A stretch of 64,000 nt of DNA, taken from the NCBI GenBank assembly GCA_951406725.2, contig OX597838.1:28458001-28522000 (forward strand). The letters run 5' to 3'. Shown in pieces: positions 27,339 through 41,622 of this stretch (its first letter is position 1; each line of letters begins with the position of its first letter). A program made the translations under genes and the position numbers. Source of the DNA: Octopus vulgaris. Lineage: Eukaryota. The notes under the pieces were generated by a model, which saw only the letters and a program-made list of their open reading frames with translations, was not told the origin of the DNA and made no database searches.

Positions 27339-27773
27339 GGATCTTTTCGGTTTGAATGGCAGTTTTTAACATAATTTCTACATAACTAAAAAATTTTAAA
27401 CTTCGTATACTGGTAGAATGTGTTTATATAACATCTTTTCTCTTGGCTTTATTGAGAAAATTCTATAGGTTGTAAGATATTTGTTGTTTTTTTTCTTCAA
27501 TTTCTGCAATTTCAACCAATCAATGACGTCTATTGAGTTAAAAAGCATTCTGTGCTGTATGAATATGTCCCTTGTTTAAGAAACAGATTGGCTTTATTTA
27601 CATTTCTGAAGAAAAAAAAAAGATACCTTTTCCCCCACCCCTAACCCTAACTCTAACTAACCCTAACCCTAAAAGAGATTGAAATGCAATAGATCGATTC
27701 TAGGGTCATAATTATGGGTGACAATTTCATATGACACCGCTAGAAAAAACTGCCGTTCAAACCAAAAAGATCC
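27339..27773. mobile_element. MITE with GGATCTTTT TIRs, 8-bp TSD and internal (TAACCC)n
   Basis: TIRs ggatcttttcggtttgaatggcag / ctgccgttcaaaccaaaaagatcc; TSD tagaagca on both sides. Confidence 0.85.
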
Positions 27774-28117
27774 TAGAAGCATCCCATTGTGTTTTGGGTG
27801 GCTTTATACTCTTGTTGAGTTCCCATAGTGCAAAACCTGATGTCCATGCTGACTTCCATGTCAAATGAAAGCCAAAAGGAAAATACGTTTGGCATAGCAG
27901 AACTCCCTGGTTAGCCCAAAATGTTCATTCATATTATAACCTGGAGAGGGAACAGACTACCTATACATCTACCAACCTACTGCTTCCATTCACAACTGAT
28001 ATCCTGTTTAAAGTAAACGTTTTCAGTACTGATAGACCTGTCTGTTCCCCACCGCCTCTCCCCATCCCCCATTTATTTTCTATGCTATATTCTGTACGTG
28101 TCCTGCCAGCTTTTTGC

Positions 28118-28159
<42 letters not shown>

Positions 28160-28305
28160 TGTAGTAGTAGTAGTAGTAGTAGTTTTTCTTCTTCCTTCAA
28201 TTTTGTTTCTATATCTTGCTTGAATGTCTTCCCAACATGTAAGGCAAAGAAACTCATTGTATTCAATGACAGGCCATTTAAAATAAACACACTAGACCAT
28301 TCACA

Positions 28306-29013
28306 CAGCAACCCCTCGACTATCGCTGGGGTTACGTTCCAAAACACCCCGCAATAGGCAAAAATCCACAAAGTAGAAACAGTACTGTACTCTTTCTCTT
28401 TTACTTGTTTCAGTCATTTTGACTGCGGCCATGCTGGAGCACCGCCTTTTAGTCGAGCGAGCAAATCGACCCCGGGACTTATTCTTTGTAAGCCCAGTAC
28501 TTATTCTATCGGTCTCTTTTGCCGAACCGCTAAGTGACGGGGACATTTAAAAATTTTTTATAACTTGTATACACTGTTGTGTCTTGGGGAGAGTCATTTT
28601 CTTTTTGTGCCTTATAATGTAACAAACTCACCGGTAAAATTTCCACTTTTTTCTTATTTTTATTGTCCTAAAATTTTCGTTGCATCTTGCAACCTTTTCA
28701 ATAGTTTCGACTCTTTTGAAAAGGTTGCGAGACGCAACGAAAATTTTAGGAAAATATAAATAAGAAATAAGTGGAAATTTTACCGGTGAGTGTGTTACAT
28801 AACAAGGCACAAAAAGAAAATGACTCTCCCCAGACACAACAGAATATGCTTCAACACACGAACTCATATAAAGAATCTTGCAAACCAAATCCCAAAAACG
28901 AAATTGTATATATTTATTTTATTTATAAATGCAAAACACCACCACAGAGGAATCGACGTAAGCTTAAATAATAAACCGCGATAAATGAATCGTAGTATGA
29001 CGAGGGATTACTG
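28306..29013. mobile_element. Tigger/pogo-like MITE containing nested insertions
   Basis: Ends CAGCAACCCCTCG and CGAGGGATTACTG|TA; interior holds a SINE 3' fragment and the 28572-28903 palindrome. Confidence 0.6.
28572..28903. mobile_element. Penelope-like palindrome with U3-A8 hammerhead-like cores; related palindrome at about 61202-61528
   Basis: Long inverted arms centred near 28710; each arm reads TTGAAAA g GTTGC-N5-GCAAC GAAA ATTT TAGG. Confidence 0.6.
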
Positions 29014-30244
29014 TATATCAAATCAAATAAAGTTAAGTAAAAAAATATTTCCATGGAAGGTTATTGTTCTTAAAGTGACAATGCTTCTTCTCAACACATG
29101 TGATGTGCCAGTTAAAACAATCTTTTGCACTTCTCACGGGGATGGTAAGCCAGGGAGCATTCTCAAATCATTTTCAGTTTGTGTTTTGACCATTCCTTGC
29201 TTAATTAAAGTTGATCTAGGATTCAGATCAATCACTGATCTAATTGGCCATTCTGTGGTCACTTGGATAGAAAATCCTAGTTGGAGGTCAAATAAAGAAT
29301 TTGAATAGACGAAAACCTTGCCACAGCAGTAAATTGCAATCTGTGTATGGGGCAAGGTAGATAACTCTGCATGGTACTGTTTAGGCGACAGAAGCCAGCC
29401 AGCTCCCTTTCTGATGGTAAACGTTAGCACGCCGGGCGAAATGCGTAGCTGTATTTTGTCTGCCGTTACTTACGTTCTGAGTTCAAATTCCGCCGAGGTC
29501 GACTTTACCTTTCATTCTTTCGGGGTCGATAAATTAAGTACCAGTTACGCACTGGGATCGATAGAATCGACTTAATCCGTTTGTCTGTCCTTGTTTGTCC
29601 CCTCTGTGTTTAGCCCCTTATGGGTAGTAAAGAAATAGGTAATGAATATTCTGTTCTTTAAAATGTCTACAAATGAATTTTCTCTGAGACGAAAGCAACA
29701 GCATCATACCTTTCAGTGGTGTATATATGTTAAGTGTGACCCACAAGTAGCCATTTTAAAATTTAAAATTCCCCCCCAAAAAAGGAAAAGAAAAACAGTT
29801 GTTGCTGTTTAACCCTAGGTCATCCCTGGTCAACTAGGCCCACGATGAAAGGTGTGCTAATTATGTGCTTTTTTTTCAAACTCATCCTTTTTATTATTAT
29901 TTTTTTAAATGATGGCAACATGATAAAAGGGAGATTTGCTTGCTATTTCTAGCATATCATACAACTATGTAGCAGCTCTCTTGCTGGCTCAAAGAGAAAG
30001 TGATTGTGTCATTAGATCGATCATCATCATTTCCATGCTTGCCTGGGTCAGACAGAATTTATTGAGGCAGATTTTCTGCGACCGGATGCCTTTCCTGTTG
30101 CCAACCCTCACCTGTTTCCAAGTCAGGTGATATCTTCCAATGACAGGAATACCACAGAATATTGGGAATGGAGGACACTGCTTGCATTCTCATTACACTG
30201 ACACTTGTTTACAACTTACATGCAATGCCAAAGCACCAAGACAG

Positions 30245-30972
30245 TCACACACACACGTACATATACTTACACACACGTACATATTCACACACATACGTAC
30301 ATATTCCCACACATACGTACATATACACACACATACGTACATATACACACACATACATATACACACACATACGTACATATACACACACATGTACATATAC
30401 ACACGTGTACATATACACACACATACGTACATATACACACGCATATGTACATATACACACGTATGTACATATACACACATATGTACATATACACACACAT
30501 ACATATACACACACATACATATACACACACATACGTACATATACAGGTACATATACACACACGTACATACACACACACGTACATACACACACACGTACAT
30601 ACACATACACGTACATACACACACACGTACATACACACACGTACGTACATACACACACGTACGTACATACACACACGTACGTACATACACACACGTACGT
30701 ACATACACACACGTACGTACATACACACACGTACGTACATACACACACGTACGTACATACACACACGTACGTACATATACACACATACGTACAAATACAC
30801 ACACATACGTACATATACACATACACACACAGGTACATATATACACACGTGCATATACACACACATACACACACACATGTACATATACACACACACACGT
30901 ACATATACACACATACGTACATATATACACACACATAAACACATGTACACGTACACACACACACACACACAC
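30245..30972. repeat. (CA)/(TA)-derived satellite with an 18-bp higher-order unit acgtacgtacatacacac
   Basis: Direct inspection; explains the long H/T/Y and V/C/Y ORFs. Confidence 0.93.
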
Positions 30973-31993
30973 ATGACCAGCTTCATTCAGTTTCTGTCTA
31001 TCAAAATACACATACAAGGCTGGCTTTGGTCAGCTCAGGGCTATACAAAACGACACTTGCTCAAGGTGTCACACAGTGGAACCAAACCTGAAACCACGGG
31101 ACTGGGAAGCAAACCACACAGCCATTTTGATTCAAATGGGTTCTTCTTTAATTATGCTTCATATCTTAACCACCAAACTTCAGCACTTTCTAATCCTTTT
31201 TGCATGCTAATAATAATAATAATAACAATAATCATCTCTGCTTTTAATTCTCAAATGCACGCTGTACCTTGCATGTCTTAAACCCTGCTTTGACTGTATT
31301 TTCAGAAATGAGCTGTGTTCATGAATACAGATTCTCTCTTGCGTATCCTTTTCCCCCATTTAGTTTTACCTGAGTTTCTTTTTTTTTTTGTTTGTTTGGT
31401 TGTTGTTTTCTTGCTTGTTACTCTTTTACTTGTTTCAGTCATTTGACTGCGGCCATGCTGGAGCACCCCCTTTAATCACACATTCCTTTTTTTTTTTTTT
31501 TCTTTTTTTGCACCATTTTCTTAACTTTTTCTAGTTTTCAAGCATGTGGTGGACATGGTGGTGGCATCGGCGTCTTTTATCATCTCCTCCTCCTCCTCCC
31601 TGACCCACTCCCGTTCCACTTCATTTCCCCGCCCTCAAACTGATGTTCACTGTGTCCACCTCAATCCCCGTCTCTAATCATCTGCCACGCTCTTTTCACA
31701 CCCAGACTCACTCACCCACCTTTTCCGTTCCTCTATCACTACTCTCACTCTTGTATTCACCCCGTGGTGAAGGTGCGTGGCTTAGTGGTTAGGGTATTTG
31801 GCTCCTGATCATAAGGTTGTGAGTTCGATTCCTGGCAACAACCTTGCCTGGACTTGTACCTGGGAGGGTAACTTTCTAGGTGCAGTCAGTCATGACCAAA
31901 GGGGGTCTCAGCATCACACAACTTAATTTTGTTGAGTGTAGTATTGGTTATGAACTGCATATTTGATTTGAAGGCTTTGAAAAAAATTATTTG

Positions 31994-32033
<40 letters not shown>

Positions 32034-32554
32034 TCTTCGTTTAATTTCCGTTTTCTATGCTAGCATGGGTTGGACGGTTCAACCGAGGTCTGGGAAGCCA
32101 GGAGGCTGCACCAGGCTCCAGTCTGATCTGGCAGTGTTTCTACAGCTGGATGCCCTTCCTAATGCCAGCCACTCTGTGAGTGTAGTGGGTGCTTTTTACG
32201 TGACACTGGCACAAGTGCCTTGGGTGGCTGGCAACGGCCACAATTGGTTGGTGCTTTTTACATGCCACCGGCGCGGAAGCCAGTCAAAGTGGCGCTGGCA
32301 TATAGTTGAAAAAATATTAGAGATCTATACAAATCAAATTTTTATATACTCTTTTACTCTCTTTTACTTGTTTCAGTCATTTGACTGCGGCCATGCTGGA
32401 GCACCGCCTTTAGTCGAGCAACTCGACCCCGGGACTTATTCTTTTTGTAAGCCCAGTACTTATTCTATCGGTCTCTTTTTGCTGAACCGCTAAGTGACGG
32501 GGACGTAAACACACCAGCATCGGTTGTCAAGCAATGCTAGGGGGACAAACACAA

Positions 32555-32587
<33 letters not shown>

Positions 32588-32759
32588 CATATATACGACA
32601 GGCTTCTTTCAGTTTCCATCTACCAAATCCACTCACAAGGCATTGGTCGGCCCGGGGCTATAGCAGAAGACACTTGCCCGAGATGCCACGCAGTGGGACT
32701 GAACCCGGAACCATGTGGCTGGTTAGCAAGCTACTTACCACACAGCCACTCCTGCGCCT

Positions 32760-33080
32760 ATATATAAAAGATGGAGGTGGAAATAGCAGAGAAGTAAGTC
32801 TAAGACATTTCAATTTAGGAGGGAATTTAATAAAAATGATTTTTTTGAAAATTATATAAAGAAAATATTACCAGTTTTGATGAAGCTCATCTTGTCATAT
32901 ATCAGTAAAAATTTACTTCAAATTTTTATGAATTTTTACTATTTGATAAAATGGGATTCACCAAAACCGGTCATATTTTCTTTATATAATTTTTAAAAAA
33001 TCATATTTATTAAATTCCTTCTTAAATTGAAATGTCTCAGACTTACATCTGTACCATTTCCACGTCCATCTTTTATATAT
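32760..33080. mobile_element. Decayed Penelope-like palindrome with hammerhead relics
   Basis: Inverted arms; + arm ttgataa...aaaacCGGTCatat (about 32938-32976), - arm atat atgacaa gatg-agctt-catc aaaac tg gta atat. Confidence 0.55.
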
Positions 33081-33708
33081 ATATATATATATGTATCCTT
33101 TTCCCAAGAAATCTAATGCTCATAGCTTAGTTTTTCCTTGGGGCTGGCCGAATTGGAGCAATCTCAAGATTAATCAGCCGAAATTGCGAGGATGATCCGG
33201 TTCTTGACTGAAGATTGAAGGTTTCGAATGTCCCGTCCGTGTTTTTTGTATCGTCTTCTAAATGTTTTGCGTTCTTGTCCTAGTTTGTATTTTTTCACAT
33301 ATACATAAATAAATATATATATATATATATACATATATACACACACACACACACATGTATGTAGAGGCAGTATGGTCAAATGGTTTAAGAAGTTTGTTTT
33401 TTAACCATTAGGTCTTACTTTCAATTCCACTGTTAGGAATTCTTGAGTAAGTGTCATCGCCTATAGCCTTGGGTCAACTCATACTTTGTGAATGAAACTG
33501 GGAGAATGGAAACTGTACGGAATCTCATCAGATGCACCTGTGCCCTGCAACGTCACACTGATTCTGCCTGAGAATTACATTGATGTACATGTGTTTGTGT
33601 GTGGAATACTCAACCACCTACATGTTAATTCAAACAACTAAATTTTCATCACTGAATGACAGTAAACTAACTGTGTGGAGGTGGTTGGGGTGGTGTGTGG
33701 GGTCTGTG

Positions 33709-33770
<62 letters not shown>

Positions 33771-34479
33771 GAAAAAATGTGTGACCACATGAATCCTGGT
33801 TTTACTGTGAGTATACTGTCCTGGAATTTAGCTATTTAGACACATGCCCACCTCCCTGCTACCATTTTTATAGACAATAGGAGGGGGTTTGTCGAATATA
33901 TGACTGCTTTATCCTATTTAGTTCAAGTATGGGAAGGAAGTACTTGCCATTTATAATGATGGTGATGATAATTTTTTTTTTTTGCTATTTTTGGCTCAAG
34001 GTCAGCAATTTTAAGGCAAAGGGACAAGTTGATTACATCGACCCCAGTATTGAACTGGTACTTATTTTATCGACCCCCACCCACCCAAAAAAAGGATAAG
34101 CAGCAAAGTCAACCTCTGTCACATCTGAACTCAAAAGATGATGTGGCGGAAGAAATGTCACTAAGCATTTTGTTCTTCCTGGTGATGATTCTGCCAGTTC
34201 ATCACCTTAATAATAACGGTTTCAAGTTTTGGAACAAGGCAGGCAATTTCTGAAGGGGTCAAGTTGATTACATCAGTTCAGGTACTTTATTTTAATGCCC
34301 CTGCACCCGTACCCTAAAGCAGTGGCTCTCAACTGAGAGCCAATATTTCAATATCAGCCAACATATAGGAAACCTGGGAGGTAGTCCAAGAATGAGATGG
34401 ATAATAGCCATAGTCTGAGTTTGGCTATGCTAGGAGACCTAGGGAGCAGATGAAGAACAAGATAGTTGGATAATGTCCA

Positions 34480-35305
34480 TAGTCTTATTTGGCCATGAAT
34501 GTTAAGTGATGACCAGAAGAATGCAATCACGAATACAAGTGGCTGAAATCTAGTCCACTAAAGGATCTCTAGACTAGCATTACTTAACAGGATGTTTAAC
34601 TCAGAGATCATGGAGTCTCTCCAGGTTGAGCCACCACTTCTCTGCATTGAGAGGTCACAGCTCCACTACTATGGACATGTGATTAGAATGTTGCAGGAGA
34701 GAATTGCATGATGTATTTATCAAGTTAAGGCAGGAGACGAAGGGGTAGATCAAGAATGAAATGGTTGGATAATATTGATAGAGTTGGTCATGAATGTTGG
34801 GTAGTGACTGAAATAATCATGAATACAAGTGGATGAAATGGAGGTCTGCTAAAGGATTTCTGAAGTAGTTGGTATTACTTGACAGGGTGTGTAGCTCAAC
34901 AATCAAGCAGTCTCTCCAGATTGAGCCACCACTTCTCTGCATTGAGAGGTCATGGCTCTGTTATTATGGACATGTGATTAGAATGTCAGAGGAAAGAATT
35001 GCAAGACAGATTTTTCAAACCAAACCAATTGGCAGGAGACCAAGGGGTAGACCAAGAATGAGAGGGTTGGATAATGTCCATAGTCTGAGTTGGTCATGCT
35101 TGGAGATCCAGCCGGAAAGTAGAATGGTAGTTGCTTCTGATAAGACATTATGGAGGAGGTACCTGAAGACTCTACCCTTTGACTGGTAGGAGACCTAGGG
35201 GTGGACCAAGAATGAGATGGTGGGATAATGTCCATAGTCTGAGTTGGTCATGCATGGAGATCCAGCCGGAAAGTTTTAATGATAGCTGTTTCTGTTAGGA
35301 CCCCA
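34480..35305 (+). mobile_element. RTE-clade LINE 3' fragments, locally duplicated
   Basis: ORF 34869-35189 contains YYGHVIRMSEERIARQIF...GRRPRGRPRMR..DNV...ASDKTLWRR, typical of the RTE C-terminus; an upstream degenerate copy sits at about 34500-34800. Confidence 0.85.
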
Positions 35306-35881
35306 CAGATGAGGTGCCTGAGGGCTCTCCTTCTATGACCTCCCCACAGGAATAGTGGATGAATAGATAGTAGCTGTATGGTAAGAAGCTTGCTTCCCAA
35401 CCACATGGTTCTGGGTTCAATCCCTCTGCATGGCACATTTGGGTGTTTTCTACCATAGCCTCAAGCTGACCAAAACCTTGTGAGTTGATTTTGTAGATGG
35501 AAACTGAAAAAAGCCCTCTGTGTGTGTGCGTCTTGTATCAGCGTTTGTCCCCATAACTTAGCAGTTTGGCACAAGGGGCACTAGCATAAATACCAGGCTT
35601 AAGAAAAAAGTACTGGGTTTGATTTATTCAACTAAAAATTCTTCAAGACACTGCCCCAATATGGTCGCAGTCTGATGATTGTAACAAGTAATAGATGACA
35701 GATCTGATAAATGGTTAAGTGGCTGAGTCAGTAGTGACAGATTGAACTGGTGTGCAGTATTTGTTCTGGTTTTCTGGGCTCTGGGTTCAAGTTCCATCAA
35801 AGTCATCCTTGCTTTTCTCATCTTTTGAGGCTGATGAATAAGGAGTTCAAATCGGTGAACTGGCAGAATTCTTTGAGCATT

Positions 35882-36142
35882 CATCTTAATGCTGTGTGGT
35901 GTCCGTTTTCACTCTCAGTGTTCTGAGTTGAACTTTTCGCTTCAGTGCCAGTGGCCAGGGCAAATCAACTGGCCAAAAAAGCACCTTGGTCAGAGGCCTA
36001 CAATCACAGCATCTTAATGCTGTGTGGTGTCCCTTTTCACTCTCTGTGTTCTGAATTGAACTTTTTGCTTCAGTGCCAGTGGCTAGGGCAAATCAACTGG
36101 CCAAAAAAGCACCTTGGTCAGGGGCCTACAATCACAGCATAT
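35882..36142 (+). repeat. Tandem duplication, two copies of about 128 bp
   Basis: catcttaatgctgtgtggtgtcc begins at 35882 and 36010. Confidence 0.88.
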
Positions 36143-36499
36143 TAAGATGACAATAGTATGCCATGGCCTTGTCCAGCTCAAAATTGGAAACTGTTGAATC
36201 AACATGGTTACAATCATCATCATCGTTTTAATGTCTGCTTTTCTATGCTTTGAATGTGTCAGACAAAATTTGGCGATGCAAATTTTCTATGGCTGGTTGC
36301 TCTTCCAGCCACCAACCTTCAATTGTCCCCAAACAAGGTAAAATTTCCCTTACACTTTCAAACATGAATGGTACAACAGCCGGACATGTTTTCATGGAAG
36401 ATTGCAAGTGAATGGCACCACTTCTATCACAACAACGTTTGTCTACATTTAGTGCACGTTATCAAGAAACAGACATGCTTGTGCATATATGCATGCACA

Positions 36500-36540
<41 letters not shown>

Positions 36541-37999
36541 GCTTATCATAGATATATACATATAATAGGTTCGTAGGGATAAAATAATCCAGGTGTTTAT
36601 CTTGGTAAGTACTCACATGGATAATAGCTATATATATGTGTGTGTGTGTGTGTGTATGTATGTATATTTATATATAGATGTATGTGTGTATATTTATGTG
36701 TACATATATATAAGCTTCTCGCAATTTCCTCAGTCCACATTCACTCACAGGGTCAGTCTAGTCCTATAGTACAAGACACTTACCCCATGGGTGTTATGCA
36801 AAACTTCTTAACCATATAGCCATGTCTGCATCTAGTTTTGCTGTGCTGCACCTTTTTATTATTGTCTGCCCCTGTTTTTGTTGCCTGCCCCTGCTGCAAT
36901 GGAAAACCGAAATTCAGCTAAAGCCATCACATTCCTTACATATACTAGGCTTTTTTAAAAATTGCTTTGTCAACAAGGGCAGCATTCATATCCCTGTTCA
37001 GGGTCTCTGACACTGGTGGGAAGGAGAGACAGGTATCCTTAAACCAGACATCTGGCCCAAATCCTTGCAATGGACTGGCCTCTTCCATTAAAGCCACCAT
37101 TAAACAAGGCAGTGGAGTGAGTCTATATTCCAAACAGGTAGCGGCAGGATGCTATCCTTGCTGCCCCCTGGTCCTTATGAAGCTACCCTTGCTGCATCCT
37201 GGTTCCTTTGAGGTTACCTCTTCTGCACCCTGGCCCCCTGTGTTATGCATTGGTTCCTATGAGACTGTCCCTTTATTTTGGTTCTTGTATGTTCATGTAC
37301 CCTCGTTAGCTATTCTTTTGTCCCGTTTCCTGTGAGGTAAGGTTCCTCTAACTTGGTTCTTGTGAGTCTGTCTCCACGGCTCCCTGGTCCCTGTGAGGTT
37401 TATGCCTTGACCTTTTCTTTGTGAGTCTTTCTCCCCCACTCTCCCCTCTCTCTCACTCTCCCTTTCTCTCTCAACCACCACCACCACCCCTGCCACATAT
37501 GCTTATTGCTTTCACCACCCTGTTAAATCAGTTATGGGGTTGATATGATTGCTTTGAATCTTTGATGATGGTGGTGCTGCTGCATGGCCACAATCCAATG
37601 AATGAATGAAACAAAAAAAAAAAAACACTAAAAGAAAATAAAAAGGGAACTGAATCTAAAATTGAAATCTTGAAGGGAAAAAAGAGAAAAAATAGAAAGA
37701 AAAATTATTTTTAAAAAATTGAAATTGTTATCTTTGGTTGTACATTAAAACTCTTTGAACAATGTTAAAAACATGATCAGGAACTCTTGACCAATTATCT
37801 TGAGTTCTTGTTCTTCCTCTTCACTGCACCATCTCCCACAGCCTGTTGCCTGTATCATAAGTTTTTTTGTTTATTTTATTATTTGTGTTGTTTATCTACC
37901 TTTATATGCATTGTTTTATATATATATATACTTATGTGTTTGTATACATGATTTTGATAATAATAATAGATCTTCTAAAAAAAATTTGTTTTGTGCTTG

Positions 38000-38242
38000 T
38001 ATCATTATCATTATTATTATTGTTATTATTATTGTCAGTATTATTATTATTACTATTATTATTTATTATTATTATTATTATTACTATTATTATTGTCATG
38101 TTTTATTATTATTATTACTATTATTATTGTCAGTATTATTATTATTACTATTATTATTGGCCTCATTATTATTATTATTATTACTATTATTATTGTCATT
38201 ATTATTATTATTACTATTATTATTGTCATTATTATTATAATT
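38000..38242. repeat. (ATT)n microsatellite with periodic interruptions
   Basis: Direct inspection. Confidence 0.93.
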
Positions 38243-38884
38243 ATCACCTCCACCTGAAGGCAGAAGTATTGTTTTCGGTCATGTTTGTTTGTCCATGGAT
38301 AAGATATCTCAAGAACCGCTGGATGGATTTGGATGAAACTTTCATTAATCGACTTACCCTCCTTATTTAAAATTGCTGGCCCTGTGCCTATATTAGAAAG
38401 CACTATTATTATTATTATTGTTGTTGTTGTTATCATGGCCATAAGCTGGCAGAATCGTTTGCACATTGGATAAAATGCTCAACTGCATTTCCTTTGGCTC
38501 TTTACGTCCTGAGTTCAAATTCTGCCAGTGTCGACTTAGAACTTTAAATAGGACAAATTGTGTGTGTGTGTGTGTGTGTGTACACACATACGCAACGGTG
38601 TTTCTACATCGCCAGTAAAAGTGCAGGACATGACCATTGTGTTAGACCTTCATGTGTTCTACGAGGTTCTGAAAGAATCCTGTGAAGAGAATCACAGTTG
38701 TTACAGTGAAGGCTCATATTACAAGCCTCATTGACTATAAAGGTCACAATACACACACACACACACACACACAATGCACATAGATACACATGTACACACA
38801 TACCCACACATAGCACATATATACATGCACACACATGTAGATAGATACACATATACAAACACATTCACACATACAGACATATGC

Positions 38885-38929
<45 letters not shown>

Positions 38930-39052
38930 ACACAGATACACATGTACACACATACCCAGACATAACACATATATACACTCACACAGATAGATAGATAGAT
39001 ACACATATATACAAACACACATTCAATTACATAGACATATATGCATATATAG

Positions 39053-39084
<32 letters not shown>

Positions 39085-39152
39085 GCACAACACACAGATA
39101 GATACACACATATATACACACACGCATATTTACATACATACAGGCACATATA

Positions 39153-39201
<49 letters not shown>

Positions 39202-41622
39202 ACACATACATACATACATACACCCACCCACACTTACTTGTACAAAAGTATTATATATACATACAAAAAATAAAACTAGAGAGTATTGTTTGACATTATT
39301 CACATATAACATCCTTATAAATGTGTGTGTGTGATGTATGTATATCTACATTTCAACTCAGAGATTTTGTTTCTAGTCTATGGAGGTTCTGAAGGCTTCT
39401 ATTTCTGCCTTAGGAATTTAGAAATCTAGTCTTGAGTTTCCTCCTGTCCCAGATAAGTGATTCTTGTGTGTACAAATGTAACTCATCCTTCGAGAGAACA
39501 TTAGAAAACGGACCTGAGAAGGAGTAGACTCTGAGGAGAAACTTGAAACTGGAGCGGTGGAATGAGGTAATTACTAGCAGAAGCAAAATGGTGGGAAGAC
39601 GATGGTGTACCATGAAGAGGAGGAGTATGCAATCTTTTGGACATTGTTGTCATCTACTGACTTCAACTTCCATTTGTGCTAAAAACGAAGACAGACAGTC
39701 AAAACATTATTGTCTCCACTCTCAAGACTAGTTGCCTGGTTGCCATGGTAACATTCTCCCTAAACAGGATGTCGGTCCATCACAGGGTTACGCATTCACA
39801 GCTGAGTGGCCTGGAGGCAACTTAAAATGAAACGTTTTGCTCAAAAACACAGCGCCCTGCCCTGCTGGGAATTGAAACCATGATCTTCTGGTCATGTGTG
39901 CAGCCCCCCTAACCACTAGGCCACAGTGACAGGCAGATGGGCACACGACAAATCCTGTTCCATTATCACTGTTCTAAGTTAATCAGCAACAAAAAGGCCT
40001 TTAATAGTTTCTCTTTCTTTACTACCCACAAGGGGCTAAACACAGAGAGGACAAACAATGACAGACAAACAGATTAAGTCGATTATATCGACCCCAGTAC
40101 GTAACTGGTACTTATTTAATCGACCCCGAAAGGATGAAAGGCAAAGTCAACCACGGCGGAATTTGAACTCAGAACATAGCGGCAGACGAAATACCGATAA
40201 GCATTTCGCCCGGCGTGCTAATGATTCTGCCAGCTCGCCGCCTTTAATAGTTTATCCTTCCATTGATCTCTTCTTGGCTTGTGGATTGTTCTGGTCATCT
40301 CAGACACTCCTACATGTTGCAACCATTTTCCTGCTTTCATGTTGGACAGCATATTGGACAGAGAACTTTTACAACAGAAAGAATAGTCTTTCTCCTCCTT
40401 CTCCCACCTTTCATTATTAGAACATATCCCATTTCTTTATGGAAATCACTTCTTTACTCACCCAGAGCCCCATTAATATCCCGTTTTCCAGTTGTGGTTG
40501 GTTACACGCAATAGCATTTATTATTTGCCAAGCGCATCTATAATTCCTTTAAATATGTATCAGAACCTTAAATTTCCTTAATAATAATAATAATGGTTTC
40601 AAATTTTGTCATAAGGGCAGAAATTTTTAGGGAGATGATGAGTCGATTACATTGACCTCCAGTGCTCAACTGGGACTTATTTTATCGACCCCGAAAGGAT
40701 GCAAGGTAAAGTCGACCTCAGCGGAATTTGATCTTAGAACATACCGTTAAGCATTTCATTCAGCGCACTAACGATTCTGCCAGCTCACCACCTTAATAAT
40801 AATAATAATAATAATAATTAGCGACAACATGTGATTGAGGTCTTTGATGATTTGCTGTGATTGAGAAGACATGCCAAGTTAAGTAAAATCGTAGTCGTGG
40901 ACAGTGCTGGTGGCACATAAAAAGCACCTGTATTGGTGGCACGTTAAAAGGCACCTGTGTCAGCAACATGTAAAAGATAGCCATGCCAGTGACACATAAG
41001 ACACCCATGCTGGTTTCATGTACAAGGCACCCATTACATTCTTGGAGTGTTTGGCACAGGAAGAGCATCCAGCTGTAGAAACCAAGCCAAGCCAAACCGG
41101 ACAGGCTTGGTACAGCTCTCCGGCTTACCAGTTCCAGTCAAACCATTTACCCCATACCAGCATGGAAAATGGATGCTAAATGATGGTGATGATGATAATA
41201 ATAATAATAATAATGAAGGGTGTTGTAGCTTGCTTGAAATATTGTGATAAAATGTGAAATAAAAAAAAAATAGGGAAGATGGAAAGCTTCTTACAATGTG
41301 AAAAAGTAAAAGGTGTAATAATCTTTATATTTCAAGCACAAAAGCCCTCCATCAGAGGTAAATAGTCAAGAAATGTTAGTCTATTTAGTAAGTGCATGGA
41401 ACCAGCTATCAACATGGCTAGCCCTGCATAAACTCACATTTCTTAGCCGTTTGCCACTGATGGTGGACTGTTATGCCTGAAATATATTAAAGTTATGAAA
41501 CCTTTTCCTTTTTACAATATAAGAAGCTCTCTGTCTTCACTATTTTGTAATACTACTACTAATAATAATAATAATAGCAACAGCAATAATCATCTCACTA
41601 AGATATTATTTTTCTATTTCAG

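Larger units (their letters stand above)
24037..41622 (+). other. GC-AG U2-type intron, about 17.6 kb
   Basis: CAG|GCAAGT is the optimal GC donor context; reading frame continues into the micro-exon. Confidence 0.8.

Noticed and set aside
27638-27672. True telomere or chromosome fusion site
   Set aside because: Only a few degenerate TAACCC units, inside a TIR element with a TSD.
29134-29430. 98-aa minus-strand ORF in unique-looking sequence
   Set aside because: No recognisable domain, its start lies in a SINE, and no partner exons were found.
30140-31281. Long ORFs of 230-358 aa, and similar ones at 118-672, 37800-38466, 42018-42641 and 62382-62937
   Set aside because: They are translations of microsatellites, open in several frames on both strands, with 2-4 residue composition.
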